A stretch of 64,000 bases of DNA from assembly GCA_045533905.1 (NCBI GenBank), contig JAZSIR010000003.1, positions 1 to 64,000 of the forward strand, read 5' to 3'. The translations under genes were made by a program, and so were the position numbers. Below, piece after piece: positions 8,133 through 16,844 of the stretch; position 1 is the stretch's first letter, and the number at the start of each line of letters is the position of its first letter. The notes beneath the pieces are model-generated. The model was not told where the DNA came from. It worked only from the letters and a program-made list of their open reading frames with translations, and did no database searches. Source of the DNA: Clostridia bacterium (lineage in GTDB: Bacteria; Bacillota; Clostridia; UMGS1883; UMGS1540).

Positions 8133-10106
8133 TTATAACACGCGAATATTTACCGTGTAGGTTGAAACGAGCGCCTGGGAAGAATCATACGCGCGCACGG
8201 TTACAGGTACCGTTTGCCCCTGATAGGCGGAAAAGTCCACCGGTACCGCGTACGGCGCGGCATAGGCGGTGCCGATTTCCTGCTCGTTTATAAGATAGAC
8301 CACACGCGCCGTGTCGCCCGCGGGCGTCTGCACAAAGGCGCAAAGCTCTGTTTTTTCAGGAAGCACGCTTACGTTATTTCCAAGCTCATAATAGTCATAC
8401 TGATATTGGTTTTCCGTAAGGCTATCGCCATATAAGGGGTTCTTCGTGCCGTTTTGGTACCCCTGCAGATACGAGGGGTTATTCGAAAGCGAGAATTTCT
8501 GTCTGTCGCGGTCAGAATCGAACACGAAGCAGAATTTTACGTTCGGGTACTTAATCGGGAGATACGTGTAGAAATCCTCAATCTGCCGCGCGGCAAACGG
8601 GGTAATATCGGCATACGTATCATAATCCATATACGAGGCGCCGCCCTCTACGATGATAATCGGCTTTTTATGCCCGTAGAGAGAGTAGAGCTGGTCGAGC
8701 TGGCTGCTCCAGCGGCTGCGGTCTACGCCTTTGCCTAAAGGATCCGTAATCGGCTGGTGCATCATATAGGAGGAGATGCCGACATAGTCTACATATTCGT
8801 CACCGGGGTAGTAGAGGGGGATGGTGTCGCCGGGATAGAAGTTCGGCGCCCAGATTACAGGTACGCTCGGTGCATATTTGTGGAAAACATCGGCCACTGT
8901 GCGGAAAGCCGTGATATACGGCGCGGGGTCAGGCGAGTACCACGAGGAGGTTGTATCATTCATTTCGCCCGCAAAGCGGAGAAACATTTTGCACGGCGCG
9001 GCTTCCATTTCCTTTGCAAGATATTCGAGATAGCCGTCGCTTCCATTTACAATCCCGATGCCGCCGTGCGGCTCAAGCGCAATCTGCACAAACTTACCTT
9101 TTTCCGCTGCTTTTTTAAGGTGGCTTTCATATAAGGCGAGCTTTGTGCCATACGGCAGATACAGAAGATAGCCGCTCATATCCTTCCCGATAAGCTGGGG
9201 GAAAGTATCCATATAAAAACGGTTCGGGTTATAGGGATCATAAATCTTTGTATCCCCTTCGGCATAGGCACCGAGAAGTACGCCGCCACGCGGTTCGTGC
9301 GCAGCACCAAAGTCCATGCGCCCGCCCATTTCGGGGTGCGTGTTTTTTACATAAATCTGTGCGCCTGTTTTAATAAGGCGCGCGCGCCTTGCGGCGTCAA
9401 TCCGGCTTTCTTCCATGCCGGGCGTCAGGCTCCAGTAATACGCCTCGCGCGTAAAGCAGGCCGAGGCATTGTCATACGCTTTGAGGTTTGCGTAGCATTC
9501 GCCGAGGTGCTTGAAAAGCATCGCGTCGCTTGCCGAGGCGTTCTCTGCTAAAAAGGCATTCGCGATGGCGCGGATTTTTTGAATGGCACCTGCATAATCC
9601 CCGCTTCCCTTAGTAGCGAGGGCATCATTCCAGTTCCCCCAGAAATTGGTGGTAACCGAGGGCGTATTTTCTATTTCTGCGATAAAAGCGGCAGAGCCGC
9701 CTGCTACACGCACGGCACCGTCCCACGAAACGGTAGCACCAAACGCTTCGAGAACCGCGCGAATCGGCAAATACGTGCGCCCGGCTACAATTTTAGCGGC
9801 GGCATCGTTTTGCACGCGCACATTATTTCTGTAAATACAAGCTTCTCCAATACGGCACCGCACCGTGGTGGTGTCTTTCCGCACGATGGCGGTTTCGGTA
9901 TTCGCCTCCCAGTCTACCGAGGCACCGAAGGCTTCCATCGTCGCGCGAAGGGGCACAAGCGTGCGTCCGTTCTCAATAAACGGTGCGCCGCTGTCGGCCG
10001 TGAAGGAAACAGGGGCGCCGTCGACATAGACGGCAATACCGTCCGCAAGTGCGGGCATCGAAGGCAAAAGCAGGCAGATAAGAATGAGGCTGAGTATTTT
10101 TTTCAT
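8133..10106 (-). CDS. Secreted protein: copper-amine-oxidase N-terminal (stalk) domain, TPR-like helices, GH26-like catalytic domain, C-terminal Ig-like domain
   Basis: Signal peptide MKKILSLILICLLL; PFIENGRTLVPLR and GRTYLPIR repeats; FLRFAGEMN, IWAPN, YYPGDEYVDYVGIS and KPIIIVEG are GH26 motifs. Start 10106 after an AAGGAG RBS. Confidence 0.8.
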   Translation of the reverse strand: MKKILSLILICLLLPSMPALADGIAVYVDGAPVSFTADSGAPFIENGRTLVPLRATMEAFGASVDWEANTETAIVRKDTTTVRCRIGEACIYRNNVRVQNDAAAKIVAGRTYLPIRAVLEAFGATVSWDGAVRVAGGSAAFIAEIENTPSVTTNFWGNWNDALATKGSGDYAGAIQKIRAIANAFLAENASASDAMLFKHLGECYANLKAYDNASACFTREAYYWSLTPGMEESRIDAARRARLIKTGAQIYVKNTHPEMGGRMDFGAAHEPRGGVLLGAYAEGDTKIYDPYNPNRFYMDTFPQLIGKDMSGYLLYLPYGTKLALYESHLKKAAEKGKFVQIALEPHGGIGIVNGSDGYLEYLAKEMEAAPCKMFLRFAGEMNDTTSSWYSPDPAPYITAFRTVADVFHKYAPSVPVIWAPNFYPGDTIPLYYPGDEYVDYVGISSYMMHQPITDPLGKGVDRSRWSSQLDQLYSLYGHKKPIIIVEGGASYMDYDTYADITPFAARQIEDFYTYLPIKYPNVKFCFVFDSDRDRQKFSLSNNPSYLQGYQNGTKNPLYGDSLTENQYQYDYYELGNNVSVLPEKTELCAFVQTPAGDTARVVYLINEQEIGTAYAAPYAVPVDFSAYQGQTVPVTVRAYDSSQALVSTYTVNIRVL

Positions 10107-10119
10107 AGTCTTCTCCTTT

Positions 10120-10947
10120 CTAGTACGGGAAGCGGAGCTTTCCGCTATCCAAATCCTCAATGATACGTCGGATGGCATGTTCTTCATTACTTACGGTGAT
10201 ATAGTCGGCGGCGGCTTTTGCGTTTTCTGTTGCATTTTCCACTGCAACGCCTACGGCCGCCGCACGAAGAAGGCAGGCGTCATTGTCGTTATCACCTGCG
10301 GCAATCGTCCGCTCCATGTTTACCCCTAAAAGGGAGGCAAGGCGGGGAAGCAGGGAGCCTTTGCCGCTGTTTTTGGGCAAAATCTCGTAGTATTCCTTTG
10401 TGGAGCGCACGAGCGAAAAGTCACCTGCGAGCGGATGCGCTTCGAGAAGGGAGATAAGGCGAAGGAGCGCTTCTTCATCCTCATCCGCAAACAAAACCTT
10501 CACAAACGGCTCCTCAATATCGTTGTAATGGGCAAATAAATCGGGGAACCACGAGAGCTTGCGAAATTTCACAAGGGAAGAATTGTCCTTGCAAAAATAC
10601 GCAAGGTCAGGCGTATTGATTTGTATGCCCATCGAAGGCACCATGCGGTCGGCATATTCCACAAGCGCGAGCGCCTCACGCGGCAGCGTGTTGTGCCAGA
10701 GATACTTTTTCTTTTCCGCATCGTAGATGCCGCCGCCGTTAATACAGCCGTAGGGGGCGTTCGGCGTTACCATATCGAGTATGTCTGCCATACCCCACGG
10801 CACGCGCCCCGTTATAAACGTGAAAAGACCGCCTTCGTCTTTAAAATAGTCGATCGCCTCAAGGTTTTCTTTCGAAATTGTCTTATCATTTTTGAGAAGT
10901 GTGCCGTCAAGGTCGGTCACAAACAGTATATTTTCAAATTTTTTCAT
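10120..10947 (-). CDS. Cof-type HAD-IIB phosphatase
   Basis: DLDGTLL, TGR, K...GDNDND and ENA motifs. Confidence 0.92.
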   Translation of the reverse strand: MKKFENILFVTDLDGTLLKNDKTISKENLEAIDYFKDEGGLFTFITGRVPWGMADILDMVTPNAPYGCINGGGIYDAEKKKYLWHNTLPREALALVEYADRMVPSMGIQINTPDLAYFCKDNSSLVKFRKLSWFPDLFAHYNDIEEPFVKVLFADEDEEALLRLISLLEAHPLAGDFSLVRSTKEYYEILPKNSGKGSLLPRLASLLGVNMERTIAAGDNDNDACLLRAAAVGVAVENATENAKAAADYITVSNEEHAIRRIIEDLDSGKLRFPY

Positions 10948-10961
10948 GCTCTGTCCTTTCT

Positions 10962-11171
10962 TTAAAGCGCGTGGCCGAGCGACGCCATGTAGGCGCGTAC
11001 ACGCGCACCCGAAAGCGAAGAAGGCGTGATGCCAAGAGCGCCGCCCTGCTCGGCCAAAAGAACGCGAGCACCATTGTCGGCGGCGCGAAGGGCGGCACTA
11101 ACGCCTCCCACACCGCCGCCTAAAACGATTACATCGTACTTTGGAAGTGCGCGTGCTCGAAGGTCAAACAT
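10962..11171 (-). pseudogene. Internally deleted FAD-dependent oxidoreductase (69 aa remnant)
   Basis: Good RBS; YDVIVLGGGVGGVSAALRAADNGARVLLAE is an intact FAD-binding beta-alpha-beta motif, but the ORF stops about 30 codons later. Confidence 0.7.
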
Positions 11172-11186
11172 ACTTCTTCTCCCTTT

Positions 11187-12032
11187 TTACGGTTTTCGAA
11201 ACGCACTCGGCGCGATGCCGTATTGCTTTTTAAAGGCCGTATAGAAACTGCAAAAAGAGCCGTATCCGACGAGCGTGGCAATTTCCTCCACCGTCATTTC
11301 CGTGGTGCGAAGTGCCTCCGCCGCCACACGCATGCGCTGGTAGCGCACAAGCTCGCGATACGTCTTCCCGTAATAATTTTGTATAATGCGGCTTACCTGC
11401 CGCACACTGAGATGAAGCGCATCTGCAATTTCTTCTATGCGGATGTTTTCCGCATAGCGTACGTCAATAAAGGCATTGATTTTATGGATACGCCCCGCAT
11501 CGCTGTCAAAAAACGGTGCTTCGGGCAAAAAATCCTTTTTGTCACTATCCGTAAAGCGGTGGAGAAGGATGGCAAATTCGTGAAACGCCACAGAAACGAG
11601 CGAGCGGTCGCCAAGCAGCATATGGGAATGGCATTTCTGGAGGGATGCAAAAAGCGCCGCGTCCGAAATGGGGCGCATACAAAGCGAGGTGAGCGCGCGC
11701 GTCATCTTCCCGAATAAATCGGAAGGCGTGAGAAGTGCCGTTTTTTCAAAGGAAAAGTTTAAAACGCACAGGGCAACCGCCCCCGGTTCAAATTCCGTGC
11801 GGTGCCGCTCCCTTGGCGGAATGATAATAAATTCCCCGGGGAAAATCGTTTCCGAACCTTCTGCGGTTACAACTGTAAGTTCGCCGCGTACGATAAAGAA
11901 AAGCTCATAAAAAGAGTGCGAATGGTCAAGCGCAAACTGCGTACTGCTGCCACCGCGAAATGCTTCTGAAAAAAGCTTGAATTCCGTATTCTCAATGTAA
12001 AAGGTAAAGCCCTTCGGTTCCGGATTTTGCAT
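11187..12032 (-). CDS. AraC-family transcriptional regulator (cupin sensor plus HTH)
   Basis: HSHSFYELFFI cupin motif; C-terminal EIATLVGY...FYTAFKKQYGIAPSAFRK. Confidence 0.93.
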   Translation of the reverse strand: MQNPEPKGFTFYIENTEFKLFSEAFRGGSSTQFALDHSHSFYELFFIVRGELTVVTAEGSETIFPGEFIIIPPRERHRTEFEPGAVALCVLNFSFEKTALLTPSDLFGKMTRALTSLCMRPISDAALFASLQKCHSHMLLGDRSLVSVAFHEFAILLHRFTDSDKKDFLPEAPFFDSDAGRIHKINAFIDVRYAENIRIEEIADALHLSVRQVSRIIQNYYGKTYRELVRYQRMRVAAEALRTTEMTVEEIATLVGYGSFCSFYTAFKKQYGIAPSAFRKP

Positions 12033-12197
12033 ACGCCTTTCCCTCCTTTGGTTTTACTATAGCATAAAAGACATTTTTTTGCAAGAAGAAAACGGGGAAA
12101 TGCAGAAAAAACGAAAGTTTTCGTCGCATTTTAGGATGTCCTTTTGGAGTATATTTTAAAAAAGGTCATCTTTTTTTGAAGATGTCCTTTTTTTATA

Positions 12198-12226
12198 TTG
12201 CAAATGGCGGAAGATGCAGGTACAAT
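12198..12226 (+). promoter_or_regulatory. sigmaA-type promoter of the propeller hydrolase gene
   Basis: TTGCAA, 17 nt, TACAAT. Confidence 0.6.
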
Positions 12227-12263
12227 AAACATAAGAACCTTTAAAACAGAGGAGGAAGAGATA

Positions 12264-13646
12264 ATGGCATATATTTGTCAAAAGACAGAGCCGCTTTGGG
12301 ATTATTTCCTTGTGGACAAGGAGAAAACCACGGCGCGGCTCTCCGTAAACCGAATCGAGAAGAAGGAAACAATTTTCGAACATAAAATGCCGCATGGCCG
12401 CGAAATATTCTACCCCGTTATTTTCAAAGACGGCGATATTTACCGTATGTATTACGGTACGGGACACCGCTTTAAGGACCCCGAAACGGGAAAATTTAAC
12501 GAAAGCCATACTGTCACCTGCTACGCCGAAAGCCGCGACGGAAAGACCTGGGAATTCCCGTCTCTCGGCATTTATGGCGACAATAATATTATTCTCTCGC
12601 ACCCCACCGAGCCGTATGGCGGCGGGCTTTGCGTATTTCGGGACGACAATCCCGCATGTCCCCCTGAAAGCCGCTATAAAGGCATCATGCGCGTGGAGGA
12701 CGGGTGCAAGGTGTTCGCAGAAGGTGGCACGCTTGCTTCCTTTGTAAGTCCCGACGGTATCCACTTTGAAAGAGTGGAAAATATTGCAAAAGAGCCGGGC
12801 AAGTTTGACTCTCTCAATACCGTCTACTGGGACGAGGCGGACGGCGAGTACAAGCTTTTCTACCGCGATTTTGACGAGGGCAGAAGACACATAAAGCTTA
12901 TGACCTCGAAGGACTATAAACATTGGGAAAAACACGGCTTCATTCAGTTTGATGATGAAGCGAAGTTTGCCCTCTACACAAATAATGTGCAAAGATACCC
13001 CGGCGCACCCCACGTCTTCACGGGTCTCCCCGTACGATATGATGACCACGGGGAAAACTGGACGCCTTCGTTTGACGTGCTTCCCGATATAGAATCGAGA
13101 AAGTGGCGCTTCGGTATGCATCCGCGCTTTGGCACCACGCTTACCGATACGCTCTTTATGACCTCGCGTGACGGGTTCCATTGGCATAAATTCAACGAGG
13201 CGGTAGCCGACGGCGGCTATGAAGCACCGCTTACGTGGAAATACGGCGACGGATACTTTAGCCAAGGCTATATTGTGGACGAGACGGAAATCAGCATGTA
13301 CAGTACCGATTCCTCGTGGGATGGCGACTATACGGGCTTTGTACGCTACGCCATTCGCCGCGATGGGTTTGCCTCGTTTAAAAGCGGCTGGGAAAAATCC
13401 ACACTCGTCACAAAACCGCTTATTTTAGGCGGTGACAAGTTTTTCCTGAATTTCCGCACAAGCGCCGCAGGCACCATTTGCATAAAAATTACCGACGGCG
13501 AGACCGTGGCCACAAGCTGCGAGGTATTTGGAAACCACGTGCGCCGCGAAGTCGTGTTTGACAAACCGCTCTCCATTTTCGAAGGAAGAGAAGTAACTAT
13601 TGAAATCGAAATGCAGGACGCCGAAATATTTGCAATCGGTTTTTAA
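12264..13646 (+). CDS. Cytoplasmic beta-propeller glycoside hydrolase-like protein (GH32/43/130-like fold), substrate unknown
   Basis: Four S-x-D-G/Y-x-x-W/F blade repeats (AESRDGKTW, VSPDGIHF, TSKDYKHW, TSRDGFHW), YRMYY, FDSLN, RRDGFAS; no signal peptide; start after GAGGAGG. Confidence 0.6.
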   Translation: MAYICQKTEPLWDYFLVDKEKTTARLSVNRIEKKETIFEHKMPHGREIFYPVIFKDGDIYRMYYGTGHRFKDPETGKFNESHTVTCYAESRDGKTWEFPSLGIYGDNNIILSHPTEPYGGGLCVFRDDNPACPPESRYKGIMRVEDGCKVFAEGGTLASFVSPDGIHFERVENIAKEPGKFDSLNTVYWDEADGEYKLFYRDFDEGRRHIKLMTSKDYKHWEKHGFIQFDDEAKFALYTNNVQRYPGAPHVFTGLPVRYDDHGENWTPSFDVLPDIESRKWRFGMHPRFGTTLTDTLFMTSRDGFHWHKFNEAVADGGYEAPLTWKYGDGYFSQGYIVDETEISMYSTDSSWDGDYTGFVRYAIRRDGFASFKSGWEKSTLVTKPLILGGDKFFLNFRTSAAGTICIKITDGETVATSCEVFGNHVRREVVFDKPLSIFEGREVTIEIEMQDAEIFAIGF

Positions 13647-13657
13647 AACAAAGAAAC

Positions 13658-13690
13658 AAGGGAAATCTCAGTTTTTGAGGTTTCCCTTTT
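13658..13690 (+). terminator. Intrinsic terminator
   Basis: AAGGGAAATCTCA-GTTTT-TGAGGTTTCCCTT followed by T residues. Confidence 0.75.
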
Positions 13691-13696
13691 GCTTTC

Positions 13697-13723
13697 ACCC
13701 TTTTCTCACTCTTTGCATAGTAT
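13697..13723 (+). promoter_or_regulatory. Mother-cell (sigmaK/sigmaE-type) promoter
   Basis: AC, 17 nt, CATAgtaT upstream of a spore hydrolase gene. Confidence 0.45.
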
Positions 13724-13751
13724 GAAAGAAAAAAGGTGAGGTGAAGGCTTT

Positions 13752-15044
13752 TTGGAAATCTATGTAGTGAGACGAGGCGACACGGTGCGCGCAATTGCCG
13801 GAAGGTACGGCGTTTCGTACCAGCGCATTTTGTCCGACAACGGCCTTTCGGCGAGTGACACGCTCGTGGTGGGGCAGGCACTTCTTATTTTGCTTCCCGA
13901 GGTTATACATACGGTGCGGATGGGCGATTCGCTCTTTTCCATTGCCGCGGAATACGGAACGAGCGTCGATGACCTAAGACGGAATAACCCCGAGCTTATC
14001 CTAAATCCCCGCATTTTGCCGGGGCAACAAATTACCGTTTCCTTCCGCGAGGAAAAACGCCGCACGATTGTTACGAATGGCTATGCCTATCCGAATATTA
14101 ACCGTACGACGCTCTCGCTAGCGCTTCCGTATCTTTCGCGCCTTACCGTTTTCGGCTACGGCTTTACCGAAGGGGGCAATCTCATCACGATAAATGATAC
14201 ACCCCTCATTGAAGCGGCACGCGCCGAAAACGTAGCGCCGTATATGCTTCTCTCTTCGATTACCGAGGACGGGAATTTCAGCGGCGCGCGCGCCTCGCTT
14301 CTGTTTCGAAACCGCGACCTTCAAAACCGCGTAATCGAGGCGATTATTGAAACGATGCAAAGAAAAGGGTACCAAGGCCTTGATATCGACTTTGAGTATA
14401 TCGAACCCGAGGATGCCGAAGGTTTCCTCGAATTTTTGGAAAACGCGACCGCGAAGCTTCACGCCGCAGGGTACCCCACGCATGTGGACCTTGCGCCGAA
14501 AACATACGCCGAACAGCCGGGCCTTTTATACGAGGCACATAATTACGGCGCGATTGGCGCCATTGTCGATACGGTGCTTCTTATGACGTACGAATGGGGG
14601 TACGCCTATGGGCCGCCCCTTCCCGTGGCGCCACTCGACCGCGTTCGCCGCGTGGTAGAATATGCCGTCACGGAAATTCCGCGGCGGAAAATCTTAATGG
14701 GCATCCCGAACTACGGGTACGACTGGACGCTTCCCTACGAAAAGGGCGACCGCGCGCAGAACATCGGCAATCAATACGCCATTCGCCTCGCCCGAGAGCG
14801 CGGCGCGGAAATTCAGTTTGACGAGACGGCGGCTTCCCCCTTTTTCGAGTACCGAGACGCGCGCGGCACGCGCCACATCGTCTGGTTTGAGGACGTTCGA
14901 AGTATTGCCGCAAAATATGACCTTATCGATGAATTCAATTTACTCGGCAGCGGCTACTGGACGATTATGCGTCCCTTCCGCCAAAACTGGGCGTTTTTGG
15001 GCGCGGCGTACACCATCCGAAAAGGGCGTCCGACCATCGGATAG
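13752..15044 (+). CDS. Spore cortex-fragment lytic N-acetylglucosaminidase, 2xLysM plus GH18 (SleL/YaaH type)
   Basis: LysM repeats YVVRRGDT and HTVRMGDS; GLDIDFEY catalytic motif; LMTYEWG; HIVWFEDVRS; TTG start after AGGTGAGGTG. Confidence 0.9.
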   Translation: MEIYVVRRGDTVRAIAGRYGVSYQRILSDNGLSASDTLVVGQALLILLPEVIHTVRMGDSLFSIAAEYGTSVDDLRRNNPELILNPRILPGQQITVSFREEKRRTIVTNGYAYPNINRTTLSLALPYLSRLTVFGYGFTEGGNLITINDTPLIEAARAENVAPYMLLSSITEDGNFSGARASLLFRNRDLQNRVIEAIIETMQRKGYQGLDIDFEYIEPEDAEGFLEFLENATAKLHAAGYPTHVDLAPKTYAEQPGLLYEAHNYGAIGAIVDTVLLMTYEWGYAYGPPLPVAPLDRVRRVVEYAVTEIPRRKILMGIPNYGYDWTLPYEKGDRAQNIGNQYAIRLARERGAEIQFDETAASPFFEYRDARGTRHIVWFEDVRSIAAKYDLIDEFNLLGSGYWTIMRPFRQNWAFLGAAYTIRKGRPTIG

Positions 15045-15062
15045 AAAATTTTCCGAAAAAAC

Positions 15063-15091
15063 TTGACATTTTTCGAAGGCGGGCGTATAAT
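15063..15091 (+). promoter_or_regulatory. Consensus sigmaA promoter of the T-box leader
   Basis: TTGACA, 17 nt, TATAAT. Confidence 0.9.
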
Positions 15092-15097
15092 AAAAGA

Positions 15098-15365
15098 AAC
15101 CGTTGAGGGAGAGTAAGTACGTTTTATCCCTTTCCTCCGAGAGAGCCGCAGGCGGTGGGATTGCGGCAGGAAACATAAAACCGAATGGACTTCCGAGGGC
15201 AAACAGAAATGATTTTTTCAGAGTATGGGCGCCGGAGTATGATCCTCCGTTAAAAAAGGTCTGCATATGTCAGTATGCGTAAAGTGGGCGCCGTGGGCGC
15301 CAAGCAGGGTGGCACCGCAGGAATATCTCCTGTCCCGGCATATAGGGACAGGAGTTTTTGTTTTT
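15098..15365 (+). ncRNA. T-box riboswitch, Trp (UGG) specifier
   Basis: Stem I AGAGAGCCGC...GGTGGGA...GCGGC; GAA-TGG-AC specifier (TGG 15186-15188); T-box AAGCAGGGTGGCACCGC (15302-15318); terminator CTCCTGTCCC/GGGACAGGAG plus T tract, overlapping the antiterminator. Confidence 0.92.
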
Positions 15366-15401
15366 GTCCCGAGCCATTATTTTTTGAAAGGAGAAGGGAA
15401 C

Positions 15402-16778
15402 ATGGCAAACGAAAAAATTCCCTACAAAATCTATCTCGAAGAAAAGGAAATGCCGCGCGCGTGGTACAATGTCCGCGCTGATATGAAAAATAAGCCGGCG
15501 CCGCTTTTAGACCCCGTAACGCACGAACCGATGACCGCGGAAGCACTTTCCGAAGTGTTCTGCGAGGAGCTCGTACGGCAGGAAATGGATGATACCACGC
15601 CGTATTTCGAAATTCCCGAAGAAATCCGCGATTTTTATAAGATGTATCGTCCGTCGCCCCTCGTGCGTGCGTACTGTCTTGAGAAAAAGCTCGGCACACC
15701 GGCGAAAATCTATTATAAATTTGAAGGCAATAACACAAGCGGCAGCCATAAGCTCAATTCCGCTATCGCACAGGCCTATTATGCAAAGGAGCAGGGCCTT
15801 GCGGGCGTGACCACGGAAACAGGCGCAGGCCAGTGGGGCACGGCGCTTTCCATGGCTTCTGCTTACTTCGGCCTTGACTGCAAGGTATACATGGTAAAGG
15901 TTTCGTATGAACAGAAACCGTTCCGCCGCGAGGTTATGCGTACATACGGCGCGTCCGTTACGCCCTCCCCGTCGATGGATACCGAGGTCGGGCGCCGCAT
16001 TTTGGAAGAGCATCCCGGCACTACGGGCAGCCTTGGCTGCGCCATTAGCGAAGCGGTGGAAGTTGCATCAAAGCTCCCCGGCTACCGCTATGTACTCGGC
16101 AGTGTTTTAAACCAGGTGCTTTTGCACCAGACCGTAATCGGTCTTGAAACAAAAGCGGCACTTGATAAATATGATATTAAACCCGACATTATTATCGGCT
16201 GCGCCGGCGGCGGCTCAAACCTCGGCGGTCTTGTAGCGCCGTTTGTGGGCGAAAAGCTTCGCGGCGAGGCAGATTACCGCATCATTGCCGTAGAGCCGGC
16301 ATCCTGCCCGAGTCTTACGCGCGGCAAATATGCATATGACTACTGCGATACGGGTAAGGTTTGCCCGCTTTCGAAGATGTACACACTCGGCTCAGGCTAC
16401 ATTCCCGCGGCAAACCACGCAGGCGGTCTTCGTTACCACGGCATGAACTCCACGCTTTCCCAGCTTTACGCCGATGGTCTTATTGAGGCCACTTCCGTTA
16501 CGCAGACGAGCGTATTCGAAGCCGCACAGGAATTTGCAAGAGTGGAAGGCATTTTGCCGGCACCTGAAAGTAGCCACGCCATCCGCGTTGCGATGGATGA
16601 AGCCATCCGCTGCAAAGAAACGGGCGAGGAAAAGACGATTGTGTTCGGCCTTACCGGCACCGGCTACTTCGATATGGTAGCCTACGGCAAGTTTAATGAC
16701 GGGCAGATGGAAAACTACATCCCGTCCGATGAAGAAATCGAAAAAGCACTCGCAAAGCTTCCCAAAATGGAAAAGTAA
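15402..16778 (+). CDS. trpB2: TrpB2 (tryptophan synthase beta-like PLP enzyme), stand-alone
   Basis: YRPSPLVRA, GSHKLNSA PLP lysine, TETGAGQWG, GSLGCAISEA, HAGGLRYHG, PAPESSHA. The true ATG is 15402; the ORF-track extension is the T-box leader. Confidence 0.93.
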   Translation: MANEKIPYKIYLEEKEMPRAWYNVRADMKNKPAPLLDPVTHEPMTAEALSEVFCEELVRQEMDDTTPYFEIPEEIRDFYKMYRPSPLVRAYCLEKKLGTPAKIYYKFEGNNTSGSHKLNSAIAQAYYAKEQGLAGVTTETGAGQWGTALSMASAYFGLDCKVYMVKVSYEQKPFRREVMRTYGASVTPSPSMDTEVGRRILEEHPGTTGSLGCAISEAVEVASKLPGYRYVLGSVLNQVLLHQTVIGLETKAALDKYDIKPDIIIGCAGGGSNLGGLVAPFVGEKLRGEADYRIIAVEPASCPSLTRGKYAYDYCDTGKVCPLSKMYTLGSGYIPAANHAGGLRYHGMNSTLSQLYADGLIEATSVTQTSVFEAAQEFARVEGILPAPESSHAIRVAMDEAIRCKETGEEKTIVFGLTGTGYFDMVAYGKFNDGQMENYIPSDEEIEKALAKLPKMEK

Positions 16779-16844
16779 AAATTTCCTTTACTTTTCATCA
16801 GCGCTCTAGTATAATGAAGAAAAGAAACGAAAGGGGAAACGACT

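Noticed and set aside
15267-15401. N-terminal extension of TrpB2 in the ORF track
   Set aside because: It overlaps the T-box and terminator; the RBS supports ATG 15402.
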